Below, piece after piece: positions 26,901 to 34,911 of a DNA stretch of 64,000 bases (its first letter is position 1; each line of letters starts with the position of its first letter). The stretch lies in the NCBI GenBank assembly GCA_045539625.1, contig JAZQFS010000042.1, positions 171 through 64,170 on the forward strand, written 5' to 3'. The notes under the pieces were generated by a model. It had not been told where the DNA came from, ran no database searches, and worked only from the letters and a program-made list of their open reading frames with translations. The position numbers and the translations under genes are program-made. The DNA comes from Eubacteriales bacterium (GTDB taxonomy: Bacteria; Bacillota; Clostridia; Oscillospirales; CAG-382).

Positions 26901-29488
26901 TCGCTTCTTGCAACAACGCAAAGATAGGGATGGGTAGCAATAGACACCTTTTCTGAAAGTATGGATACAGGATTGCTGATGCTTCCGCTTGTATGCTTTT
27001 TCACCTTATACACGCTTTCGCCGTTGACGGTGGTTTCGGTGAGCATTGCACCTGCGGCAGAGGTAAGATCGGGTGTCTTTGCAAAGGTTGACACAATATT
27101 CACGGAAGTGCCTGTATTTGTTGTTGCAAAGCTATGGTAGCCGCCTGAAGTAAAGCCTGTATTTGAAGGATCGTTAAAATCCCATTTATATGCAACATTT
27201 TCAGATATGTCAGGCTCTTCGCTTGTTGTGTAAACATTTACAAACTCGGTATTTGTGCCCGACGTGTTGAGGTTGAAGGCAAGCATAAAGTCATCGATAT
27301 ACTTTGCACCCTCTGTAATATTGGTAAGCTCGCAAAAGCCCGTCTTTGTTCCGTCGCCGTTTGACACAAACTCCGAAATATATGCCCAGCACTTTCTGTT
27401 ATTATCAAAGCCTGTTTCCTTATCCGTTTTATAGTACACGGTTATGCAATTATCGGCGGTGCTGTCTTCGGTAATGGTTATCACAAAATACTTCTGAGTT
27501 GCAGGGGCGCTTGTATTTATAAATCTGATGCCGCCGCTTGTTGCGGTATTTTTGGTATAGGTGACCTTAAGGTTACCGTCGGTTGTAAAATCTGCTGTTG
27601 TGTGATGTACTCCGTTTGTATTTTTCATAAGGAACACATCGTTATAATAGGTTCCGAATTCAAGAGCACCCGATGTCTGTTCCAGAAAATCTATATAATA
27701 GCCGTACTTTGATTCATCAACGCCTACATAAATATCACGTGACACCGACACAGGCGAATTTTTATCGTTGCCTGTTACGGTAACGGTAGCGACACCTGTT
27801 TTTGCCTTGGCTCTGATTTTAAGAGTATTATCCGCCATGACTCTATAGGAAACAACGTCATTATCGTCCTTCACCGACCAGGTATAAGAGGTATCGTACA
27901 CACCTTCAAGCTCGCACGCAAACAATGCCTTAAGGTCTATTTCCTGCCCTGCCTTTGTAAGATATGTAACATCGTTGCTGAAGATATAGGAAGGATTGAC
28001 ATTAAGCGTGGGATAAAGCTTTGTGCCATGCACCGTTATGCCGTCGCCTGTCTGTGAAAGTGTGATTTTTTCTATACAGCCCTGCCAGCCTTCAAGCAAA
28101 GGAAGCTGAAGGAAAAAGTCACGTTTTTTTGTTTCGGCAGGAACGGTTATTTCCGCTTTTACGCTTGTTTTATCCGTCACAAAGGTAAATTCCAGCTTTC
28201 CGTCAAGCTGTGATGAATTGTCTGCCTTTACCGTAATATAATCGTAAGCAAAGGTATCAGCGGAAAATTCTGTCTGCTGTGCCGAAGCAAAATCAAGCAC
28301 ACAAGGCTCTGTTGCAACGGTGACGGTTCTTGTTAAGGTTTTCACCTCGGTATCGGCATAGCTAAACGTAATTACTGCATTACCCTGTGAAAGTGCCGTA
28401 AGAGTTGCGGTGCCGTCGGTATTTTTTTCAACACTTACAACGTCCGAATTACTGCTTGACCAGGATATTTTACTTACATCAATTTCAGGTTTGCCCGAAA
28501 GAGCCGCACTTGCTATTACGCTCTTATCTATTTTGTCAAGCTTTCCGTCAAGTTCAATATATGCTCCGTCAAAGGCATAGCTTTCCCTTGTTGCATACAG
28601 CACAATATCCTTATTATTATCTGCCGTCAAAGCAATTGAGGTAACAGGCACACCGCCCACCTCTGATGCCCAGCCTGCGTATGTAGTAAGTCCTGCAGAA
28701 ATTTCTGAGGGTGTAGAGCTTGTAAGCAGGTTTCCCTCCTCATCTGCTGCAATATAGTCTGTTTTTACTACATTCTTTCCGTCTGCACTGTAATAGGTCA
28801 CCTTATATGCAGGTGCCACAATCATATTATCAAAGTAGTACATAACATCTGCCGTATCCGAAGCCGTAGTCTGTGATGTAAACACAAGTCTGTGGCAGTA
28901 GGTACTGCTGACGGGAGAACCGGTCTGGTTAAGCGAAAGCGCATCAACTATTTTTCCGTAGCTTTGCCGGCCTTTTGTATAATCCACGGAAAAGCTCTGA
29001 ATGGAGTCGGCGGGAACCGCTCTTGCTCCCATTATCCAGAAAGCTTTCTTGTCGGTATACTTTCCTTCCTCCGACACCGCTTTATCATAATCAAAGGCGA
29101 TATACAGATGATTATGTCCTACAAGCGAGCCAAGATCTGAGCCGAAAGGAACAATCATATAAAAATAATCTGCATTCGCATCTTCGGGAAGCAGCCATCT
29201 GATAACGGTATCTTTTTCGTTATCGGGGTTCTTTACGGCTGAAAGAACACCCTTTCCCGAATCAATTTTCACTGCAAGGCTATCAAAATTTTCTCCTGTC
29301 AGCGGCTCTTTTGTGCCTGTCAGAATATTGATTCCGCGGCTGACAACGGTTTCGCCGTAAAGCTCAGAAAGGTCTGCGTTTACCTGTTCCGATGCCGTTC
29401 CTGTGTTTTCTGAAGGTACGGTAGCCGAAAACGCCGTCAAAGAAAAAATCAAACCAAGCAAAAGGAGTATGCCTAAAAGCTTTTTCAT
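23918..29488 (-). CDS. giant secreted modular protein with Ig-like (Big_2-type) domains, an SGNH/GDSL-type hydrolase domain and Listeria-Bacteroides-type repeats
   Basis: Signal peptide MKKLLGILLLLGLIFSLTAFSA. Big_2-like segments (ISWSSSNSDVVSVEKNTDGTATLTALSQGNAVITF; LSDTNIARLDIADDGTVTLTALGNGTVVVTA; WSVDDERIATIGADGTVTPVNNGTVTVKA). SGNH blocks: LKLMSIGNSYLRHG (I), IITIQLGENL (III), FRSHPGDLGMDEIAKRV (V). Repeat: YTVSYSAGADDEVTGLP...YKFKGWTTEEGSEKTVKTVTADKNVTVYAVWEY. No SLH or LPXTG motif seen. Confidence 0.85.
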   Translation of the reverse strand: MKKLLGILLLLGLIFSLTAFSATVPSENTGTASEQVNADLSELYGETVVSRGINILTGTKEPLTGENFDSLAVKIDSGKGVLSAVKNPDNEKDTVIRWLLPEDANADYFYMIVPFGSDLGSLVGHNHLYIAFDYDKAVSEEGKYTDKKAFWIMGARAVPADSIQSFSVDYTKGRQSYGKIVDALSLNQTGSPVSSTYCHRLVFTSQTTASDTADVMYYFDNMIVAPAYKVTYYSADGKNVVKTDYIAADEEGNLLTSSTPSEISAGLTTYAGWASEVGGVPVTSIALTADNNKDIVLYATRESYAFDGAYIELDGKLDKIDKSVIASAALSGKPEIDVSKISWSSSNSDVVSVEKNTDGTATLTALSQGNAVITFSYADTEVKTLTRTVTVATEPCVLDFASAQQTEFSADTFAYDYITVKADNSSQLDGKLEFTFVTDKTSVKAEITVPAETKKRDFFLQLPLLEGWQGCIEKITLSQTGDGITVHGTKLYPTLNVNPSYIFSNDVTYLTKAGQEIDLKALFACELEGVYDTSYTWSVKDDNDVVSYRVMADNTLKIRAKAKTGVATVTVTGNDKNSPVSVSRDIYVGVDESKYGYYIDFLEQTSGALEFGTYYNDVFLMKNTNGVHHTTADFTTDGNLKVTYTKNTATSGGIRFINTSAPATQKYFVITITEDSTADNCITVYYKTDKETGFDNNRKCWAYISEFVSNGDGTKTGFCELTNITEGAKYIDDFMLAFNLNTSGTNTEFVNVYTTSEEPDISENVAYKWDFNDPSNTGFTSGGYHSFATTNTGTSVNIVSTFAKTPDLTSAAGAMLTETTVNGESVYKVKKHTSGSISNPVSILSEKVSIATHPYLCVVARSDSAGERGISVYPGFGSNPVYTAAMKVSQSFYMTTDYKTYVLDLRPLVSGANGEYFAKMMFANITGSIISNEYFLYDVDSDGVYDEKDGDFYYVKKPVTYQKMNNIEVDEMYFSKTNPNEGTPLQAALSLTASDDKITLDGGSVTLTSRLFSNIALEDESVDYTLSDTNIARLDIADDGTVTLTALGNGTVVVTATAFADKNATDSVEIEISGQRKKTLVYDLKLMSIGNSYLRHGYNPNYSIWMKADEPLRGMAASDPELDYFHRIQYYLRTELNSKVTGEVFASSDTEAAWKKGLADSNDTTNFEGWDKEYSKNSIVNSLADRIEHLETEKPDIITIQLGENLKTDNYEVACLFYDTLYAKIKEHKPENSVVVIITSFSDCNRARAAMEYAKVYGFYVADMRDINSYSVVNPDNRYLVKDGVTYDRGNSGWKYNPYLAYAQYPGYDDLLGDGRIEFRSHPGDLGMDEIAKRVFAQLRQAIPRVIEAQYIYMPDSIEILGDDVISKETSLSVRVTLDDATDKVNWSVDDERIATIGADGTVTPVNNGTVTVKAVCAYDDTIFAERTFTVTGQTPCYTVSYSAGADDEVTGLPESDAYAKGEYTLSSIVPERTGYKFKGWTTEEGSEKTVKTVTADKNVTVYAVWEYADSWYFETDGDTEGISLGGFHGKVQNGIASVTSYEGGVSIYDSTLLVDAEKYSCFNTKLAISMIDVVPASLTLVLTTKDGEITCTKSIPDTLMNEYSFDISDVTGIITGFRLVPNCIDAALTVDYIEFERSLENVTGDMKLREINIHKNTVISSGQYLVTADKVNIHKDACMTLGAGNYIFGEIDAQGTLSASGDANVVVTGTNKPQGYVEIDLGEKTLEANSRYVKAQGSQTLVREYQNKLGLIASDSAVVTVAEVNENGETVKTQYFCTYNAVLDEGVDNAQAVLALYGENGSYIGMQIKPVSAQNTAAVFNFDAEGVCSYKIMLFDSLGSLKPLCESVDESFSVS

Positions 29489-29535
29489 AACAAAATCTCC
29501 ACTCTGATAATATTTGCACAGTATCTTTTATTTTA

Positions 29536-29564
29536 ATTTTACACAAATTTCTCTATTTAGTCAA
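29536..29564 (-). promoter_or_regulatory. candidate sigma-70 promoter for the 1856-aa gene
   Basis: Minus strand: TTGACT (29564-29559), 17-nt spacer, TAAAAT (29541-29536), about 48 nt upstream of the ATG at 29488. Confidence 0.4.
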
Positions 29565-29695
29565 GTAACAAAGCAACACTGTTTTTGTACAAATCAATTC
29601 TAACACAAATTACAGGACAAATCCCGCTAAAATCTATGAAGATACGGACAAAATTTGTCATAATGTTATAATTACGGCAAGACAACGGGGATTTT

Positions 29696-29921
29696 TTACG
29701 AAAAAAAGCTCTGACTCGGTTGAATCGAAGCTTTGTGTTTTATTATGTTGGAAAGTGGTGTGGCGGAGCACTTGGAGATTCTGCGGAGGATATTGCGGTA
29801 TCGGTCATAATGTCTTATTGTTCCTTCTCTCAAATTCCGATGTCTGCGGTACTCAAGGTACTTATCACAGCCTTCCTCAAAAGTGATAGCTCTGGCTTCT
29901 GACATTTGTAATTTTTTTCAT
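29696..29921 (-). pseudogene. tyrosine-recombinase (phage-integrase family) N-terminal stub, frameshifted and truncated
   Basis: ...AITFEEGCDKYLEYRRHRNLREGTIRHYDRY... matches the SAM-like N-terminal pattern of site-specific integrases and the second stub at 54132..54245. The upstream ATG (29921, MKKITN) is out of frame. No catalytic domain follows. Confidence 0.5.
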
Positions 29922-29951
29922 TTTAAAATCCCTTTCAAACAGACAAAAAAA

Positions 29952-29995
29952 GTTAGACACATCATAGGAATAAATTCCAAAATGATGTGTCCAAC
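29952..29995. terminator. long hairpin between the GGGtGRT 3' fragment and the integrase stub (left copy)
   Basis: GTTAGACACATCA-n18-TGATGTGTCCAAC, a 13-bp stem with one A-C mismatch. It is the counterpart of 54276..54318. Confidence 0.5.
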
Positions 29996-30061
29996 AAAAA
30001 AAATATACTATTTTAATGTCAAGAGATTTTAAAAAGTTGTAAAAACCTTGATATTACGTGA

Positions 30062-30420
30062 TTACTTGCTTGCTTCTTCAACCGCAACAGCCACTGCAAC
30101 TGTAGCACCAACCATGGGGTTGTTACCTGCGCCGATAAGTCCCATCATTTCTATATGAGCGGGAACGGAGGAAGAACCTGCGAACTGAGCGTCGCCGTGC
30201 ATTCTACCCATAGTATCTGTCATACCGTAGGAAGCAGGACCTGCAGCTATGTTATCGGGGTGAAGTGTACGTCCTGTACCGCCGCCGAAAAGGTAACCAC
30301 CAATCATTCCGCCTTCAAGTGAAAGGGATATTTTTTCTTCAACGCTGCCCTTTTCGTTTTGTGCCACGGTTATAGTGTACCGCAGGCGTAGAATATATTA
30401 TCTTGTTGGATGCAGTTCAT
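30062..30420 (-). pseudogene. chimeric pseudogene: 5' end of an MBL-fold gene (homolog of 21123..22754) fused to the 3' end of a GGGtGRT gene (homolog of 54407..55405)
   Basis: From ATG 30420: MNCIQQDNIFYACGT, then a 1-nt deletion (frameshift), then ..VAQNEKG|SVEEKISLSLEGGMIGGYLFGGG|TGRTLHPDNIAAGPASYG...VAVAVEEASK*. An internal deletion at NEKG|SVEEK removes ~54 codons relative to the full gene. The fusion point is CCGCCGCC (30279-30286), which is present in both parents. About 45 nt of the MBL upstream region are also duplicated. Confidence 0.75.
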
Positions 30421-30480
30421 ATCATTCACCTCGTATGATGGTATTATAGCATTTTATGGAAGGAATGTCAATTATGAGCA

Positions 30481-30512
30481 AAAAAAAGAGCAATACGTTT
30501 TTTGTATCGCTC
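30481..30512 (-). terminator. rho-independent terminator at the end of the EPS operon
   Basis: Minus strand: GAGCGATAC-n7-GTATTGCTC followed by TTTTTTT, 20 nt after the EAL gene stop (30533). Confidence 0.6.
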
Positions 30513-30532
30513 TCAGTAAACATTTCAAGTAT

Positions 30533-31453
30533 TTAATACTTCTCGATAAAAGACTCGCACTCTTCAAGAGGAAGGGGTTTAGAATAGTACCACCCCTGAA
30601 TAAAATCGCATTTAGACTTAGATACGAGGTCATTCTGTTCCTCTGTTTCAACACCTTCACAGATAACTGACAAATTAAGGTTATGGGCAAGTGCAATAAT
30701 ACCTGCGAACAGCTCCTTACCCCGCTGAGTTCCCGTTTTAAGAAGAATATCTCTGTCAATCTTAACTATATTTATGGGATAATCGCACAGATTTGCAAGA
30801 GAGGTATATCCGCTTCCAAGGTCATCAAGATAAATCTTAAATCCAAGCTCACGGCAAAGTCTGACATTTTTCTTAGCCGTTTCTCTATCCTTTTCTATTG
30901 CATCCTCTGTAATTTCAATGGCAAGCTTTGATTTATCAAAATCGTAGCTTTCTGATATAGCCTTCAGTTTATCAATACAATCTTCTTCAGAAAGTGTTAT
31001 CCGTGTAAAGTTACAGGAAATTGTAATATCCTTATACTCGGTATCCTTCCATTTTTCAAGCTGACGGCAGGCAAGGTCAAACATATAGAAATCGTGCTGA
31101 CTGATAAGTCCTGATGTTTCCATATGTCCGATATAATTACCCGGTCCCAAGATTCCCTTTTTAGGGTTATCCCATCTTGAAAGAGCTTCGGCAGAAACAA
31201 TTCTTTTTGTTTTATTATCCACAACAAACTGCAAGTACATCTTGAATTCATTGTTTCGGATTCCCTCCAAGATACTTTCTGCAGCATCGTTATCTTCGGT
31301 TTTGCCTGCATTATCGGCATTGTTCTCCTCAGACGGATTGATATTTTCAAAGCTTCTTTTTTCAATTCGTTTTATGCGAAAAAGTAACGATACGACAACA
31401 GCAGACTGCACAAAAAACACTAATATGAGTATAGTAAGAATTAACTCCTCCAT
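30533..31453 (-). CDS. membrane-anchored EAL-domain c-di-GMP phosphodiesterase
   Basis: One N-terminal TM segment. EAL signature residues are present: SAEALSRW, CNFT, EITE, DDLGSGYTSL, KIDR, EGVETEE, QGWYYSKP. Confidence 0.85.
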   Translation of the reverse strand: MEELILTILILVFFVQSAVVVSLLFRIKRIEKRSFENINPSEENNADNAGKTEDNDAAESILEGIRNNEFKMYLQFVVDNKTKRIVSAEALSRWDNPKKGILGPGNYIGHMETSGLISQHDFYMFDLACRQLEKWKDTEYKDITISCNFTRITLSEEDCIDKLKAISESYDFDKSKLAIEITEDAIEKDRETAKKNVRLCRELGFKIYLDDLGSGYTSLANLCDYPINIVKIDRDILLKTGTQRGKELFAGIIALAHNLNLSVICEGVETEEQNDLVSKSKCDFIQGWYYSKPLPLEECESFIEKY

Positions 31454-31500
31454 TTTCTGTACACCTCCAATTTTAATATATTATTTATACTTTCCAAATG

Positions 31501-32427
31501 CTATTGCTTCTTTTCTGCACTGTTTACACTGGAAGATATGATATATCTGGGTCTTCCCTTTATTTCTTCGTAAATCCGTGCAATATAGTAGCCGATTATA
31601 CCAAGACTTATCATAATTATACTACCGATAAAAATAGTGATTATGATTACCGTTGTCATACCTTCAAGTGCTCTGCCGATTATTTTATCAATCAGTGCCC
31701 ACACGCCGAAGATGACCGATATTGCAAGCATCACAACACCGAGACCCGTTACTATCTGCATTGGTGCAGTTGAAAACGAGGAAATATTGGAAACCGCATA
31801 CTTTATAAGCTTCCACGTTGACCACTTTGACTCGCCGTCAACTCGTTCTTCAACATCATATTCTACAGTAGCTGTTTTATAGCCAACCCAATAGGACAAT
31901 GCTCTGAAGAAGCCTCTTTCAGGCATACTGTTAATAACATCAACCACTTTTCTGTCAAGCAGCTTAAAGTCAGAGGAGTTTGCCATATCAAAGCCTGCCA
32001 TACGGCTGATTACAGAATAGAACATTTTTGCTGCTATTCCGTGAAGCATTTTTTCCCGTCCTCGGCTGCTTTTTATTCCCTCAACAACCTCATATCCCTG
32101 TTCCCACAGGCGGTACATCTCCACAATTTTCTTCACAGGGTGCTGAAGATCGCAGTCTATTACCACGGCACAGTCGCCTTTTACTTTGGAAAGACCTGCG
32201 GTTATGGCAGACTCTTTCCCGAAATTTCTTGAAAAATGAAGTCCCGAAACATTTTCTGCCTCTTTTGACAGTTCTGTTATCATTTCAAAGGTTTTATCCT
32301 GTGAACCGTCGTCAACAAAAATAATTTCGCAATCAATATTATTTTCCAAAAGGAGATTATGTATTTCGGAATATGCACGTTTTATACATTTTTCCTCATT
32401 ATAGGCGGGAATAATTACGGATAGCAT
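31501..32427 (-). CDS. GT2 polyprenyl-phosphate hexosyltransferase, GtrB/ArnC-like (two C-terminal TM helices)
   Basis: MLSVIIPAYNEEKCI...IIFVDDGSQDKT...VIDCDLQHP plus a C-terminal membrane hairpin, which is the GtrB-type architecture. Confidence 0.85.
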   Translation of the reverse strand: MLSVIIPAYNEEKCIKRAYSEIHNLLLENNIDCEIIFVDDGSQDKTFEMITELSKEAENVSGLHFSRNFGKESAITAGLSKVKGDCAVVIDCDLQHPVKKIVEMYRLWEQGYEVVEGIKSSRGREKMLHGIAAKMFYSVISRMAGFDMANSSDFKLLDRKVVDVINSMPERGFFRALSYWVGYKTATVEYDVEERVDGESKWSTWKLIKYAVSNISSFSTAPMQIVTGLGVVMLAISVIFGVWALIDKIIGRALEGMTTVIIITIFIGSIIMISLGIIGYYIARIYEEIKGRPRYIISSSVNSAEKKQ

Positions 32428-32436
32428 TTAATCACC

Positions 32437-33822
32437 TTACTGTTTTTCAAATAATGTTTCAAGCTTTGTGACAGGCATGGGACGGTAAAAATAATACCCC
32501 TGAAGCATATCACAGCCTGCTTCAACAACCGTTTTTCTGTGTTCCTCGGTTTCTATGCCTTCGCACAGCGTTTTAAAGCCAAGGTCATGGGCGGTGTTGA
32601 TAATATTTTTAAGAATCACAAATCCCGTTTTATTTATTGAATTCTGGGATATTGATTTATCAATTTTTACGATGTTAATGTCAAAGTCGGTAAGATCGCC
32701 AAAGCTTGTATATCCTTTGCCGAAATCGTCCAAGAGTATGCGCATGCCTTTTTCCCTCAGACGTTTAAGATTCTTTGTCATCACCGATTTTTCGTCATCA
32801 TTAAGGTCTTTATCCTCAAGAATTTCAACTGCAATACAAGAATAATCAACTCCGTATTTATCGACTATTCCCATAATACGGTCTGCAAGCTCCATATCGC
32901 AAAGAGTAAATCTTGAAAAGTTAATGGTATACACATACTTTGCACGTTTTGCTTTATCGCTTGATATCCATTTACAGTTTTTCTCAAAGATATAGTAATC
33001 GAATCTTTCATTAAGTCCCACGTTGTTAACCGCAGAAAGGAAATGCCGGGGAGACAGCACGCCTTCGGTTTCGGAGTTTAATCTTGACAAAACCTCAGCA
33101 CCTATAATCTTACCTGATTTTGCATCTATTATAGGTTGATACTCAAGAAAGAATCTGTTATTATCAATTTCGCTTTGAATATTGTTTTCAATTTTGATTT
33201 TTCTTTCAAAAGCCTTACCGCTTGTGTTATCCCACTGACAATGAAGCACGTCTTTATCCTCAGCCATACTGCAAGCCTGTTTTGCTCTTGACAGGGCGGT
33301 TTTGAAGTTAACCTCATTTGAGCTTGTGACATGGTATCCGAAGTTTACACGAACAGCATTTACTGCACCGTGTTTAACAAAGGCTTCGTTTATTTCCTCC
33401 ATACACTTATCTATGCAAGCTTCTGTTTTATCCGCCTCAAGATAGGTCAAAGCAACAAAGTTTTCACTTCCGTAAATTGATATCTCGCCGTCTGCCTTAA
33501 GGCTCAAATGGCTGAAAAGTATCTTTTTGATACGTTCATACATTCTTGATGCCTTTGATTCGGAATACAGTCTTTTCATACTGTCGAAAGAAACCGACAC
33601 ATATACAATACACCTTGTATTTCGAAGTGATGCCGCTTTCTCAAAATCGTTTTCTATTTTTCCTATACCGCAAAAGCTCTTTTCAGAAGTGCCTTTTGCA
33701 GTTTTTACGGATTTAAAAGTGAAGTACAGTCCCACAAGTCCCATTGCTATAAAAATCAAAACCAGTATAGTCAATATTACATAGGGAAATTGAAAAATCC
33801 GTGATTCAAAAAATTTCATCAT
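32437..33822 (-). CDS. membrane-anchored degenerate-GGDEF + EAL protein
   Basis: TM segment, then a GGDEF-fold region with YGSENF in place of GGDEF. The EAL domain has an EVL variant (GAEVLSRL) and intact INFS, EILED, DDFGKGYTSF, KIDK, EGIETEE and QGYYFYRP motifs. Confidence 0.8.
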   Translation of the reverse strand: MMKFFESRIFQFPYVILTILVLIFIAMGLVGLYFTFKSVKTAKGTSEKSFCGIGKIENDFEKAASLRNTRCIVYVSVSFDSMKRLYSESKASRMYERIKKILFSHLSLKADGEISIYGSENFVALTYLEADKTEACIDKCMEEINEAFVKHGAVNAVRVNFGYHVTSSNEVNFKTALSRAKQACSMAEDKDVLHCQWDNTSGKAFERKIKIENNIQSEIDNNRFFLEYQPIIDAKSGKIIGAEVLSRLNSETEGVLSPRHFLSAVNNVGLNERFDYYIFEKNCKWISSDKAKRAKYVYTINFSRFTLCDMELADRIMGIVDKYGVDYSCIAVEILEDKDLNDDEKSVMTKNLKRLREKGMRILLDDFGKGYTSFGDLTDFDINIVKIDKSISQNSINKTGFVILKNIINTAHDLGFKTLCEGIETEEHRKTVVEAGCDMLQGYYFYRPMPVTKLETLFEKQ

Positions 33823-33836
33823 TTATGCTCCCGATA

Positions 33837-34901
33837 TCAGTTTTCAAAAATTGGGAATTCATCTGTTCCCGCTGTTCTGCGAAGACCTCTTGCCTTTGCT
33901 GCGGCACAGCACTTTTCAATGTCTTTTTTTGCACTGTGCTTTCTTCTGACAATATCTCTTACAACAAACAAAGGATTGAATTTTAGCATTGCCCTTAAAA
34001 CATCCTTCTTTGATACGCCGCTTCTCTTATATTCTGCAAGAATTTCAATAAGCACATAGTTTACCGTTTCTTTATCTATTTTACCACTGCTTATTCTTTT
34101 GAACCATTTTGCAAATTCAAGATATTTTGAAACATCCGCCTTTTCTTTAAAATAAACACCGCTTATATAAAACTCTTTCATGCTCTCATCCATAGAAGAA
34201 GCAAGAGTACCATAATACTTATCCTGTATTTTAAGCACTTCGGTATGCTGTCTTTCAAGGGTTGTGCTTGTAATCTGCTTATCATGGAGGCGGTATATGA
34301 GAAGACATTCGTCAAGAATCTGCATTTTCTGTGAGTTCATTGCCATTCTTGTCCACAGTTCAAGGTCCTCGGTACAGGTAAGAGTAGTATCATAATTGTA
34401 TTTTTTCATAACCTCAGCTTTTGCAATAACACCGGGATGAAGAATGGGATTTGCCACAAAAAGCATTGCACGAACCGCTCTATCGTCGCACCGTCCGCCT
34501 GCTCCGCCTGACATATAAACTCCGTTTTTTACAGTCATAAATCTGCAGGAGGACAAAGCTACATCATTATGCTCCTCCATAAACTTAAACTGCTTTTCAA
34601 GTCTTTCGGGAAGACAGATATCATCGGCATCCATTCTTGCTATGTACTTTCCTTCAGAAAGAGAAATTGCCTTATTAAGGGATGTGGGAAGTCTTAGATT
34701 AACTTCATTATTATGTACCTTTATTCTTTCATCACTTTTGGACAGTTCACAAAGAATTTCAGCTGTAGAGTCTGTGGAGCAGTCGTTTATTATCACAAGC
34801 TCCCAGTCCTTAAAGGTCTGGTTTATGACGCTTTCTACAGCTTCTTTCAGATATGCTTCGCCGTTATATACGCTCATTATTACTGAAATTGCGGGTTTCA
34901 T
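33837..34901 (-). CDS. family 2 glycosyltransferase
   Basis: ISVIMSVYNGEAYLKEAVESVINQTFKDWELVIINDCSTDST...MDADD. Confidence 0.85.
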   Translation of the reverse strand: MKPAISVIMSVYNGEAYLKEAVESVINQTFKDWELVIINDCSTDSTAEILCELSKSDERIKVHNNEVNLRLPTSLNKAISLSEGKYIARMDADDICLPERLEKQFKFMEEHNDVALSSCRFMTVKNGVYMSGGAGGRCDDRAVRAMLFVANPILHPGVIAKAEVMKKYNYDTTLTCTEDLELWTRMAMNSQKMQILDECLLIYRLHDKQITSTTLERQHTEVLKIQDKYYGTLASSMDESMKEFYISGVYFKEKADVSKYLEFAKWFKRISSGKIDKETVNYVLIEILAEYKRSGVSKKDVLRAMLKFNPLFVVRDIVRRKHSAKKDIEKCCAAAKARGLRRTAGTDEFPIFEN

Positions 34902-34911
34902 GATGGGTGCT

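Larger units (their letters stand above)
29696..30286 (-). repeat. left copy of a ~0.5-kb direct repeat (integrase stub + hairpin + last ~70 codons of a GGGtGRT gene)
   Basis: Collinear with 54132..54631. The GGGtGRT part differs by scattered substitutions only (3 aa changes in 71 codons). The integrase and spacer parts are more diverged. Confidence 0.75.

Noticed and set aside
29507-29519. Box GTGCAAATATTAT (minus strand) in the leader of the 1856-aa gene, matching the proximal operator half-site at 20896-20911 in 12 of 13 positions.
   Set aside because: Only one half-site is present, with no partner 21 bp away. It lies downstream of the candidate promoter. It could be chance in AT-rich DNA, so it is kept only as a note.
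30410-30759. Track ORFs 30410..30670 (+) and 30472..30759 (-).
   Set aside because: They span the operon terminator, the duplicated MBL upstream remnant and the 3' end of the EAL gene in the wrong frame or strand. There are no motifs and no RBS.
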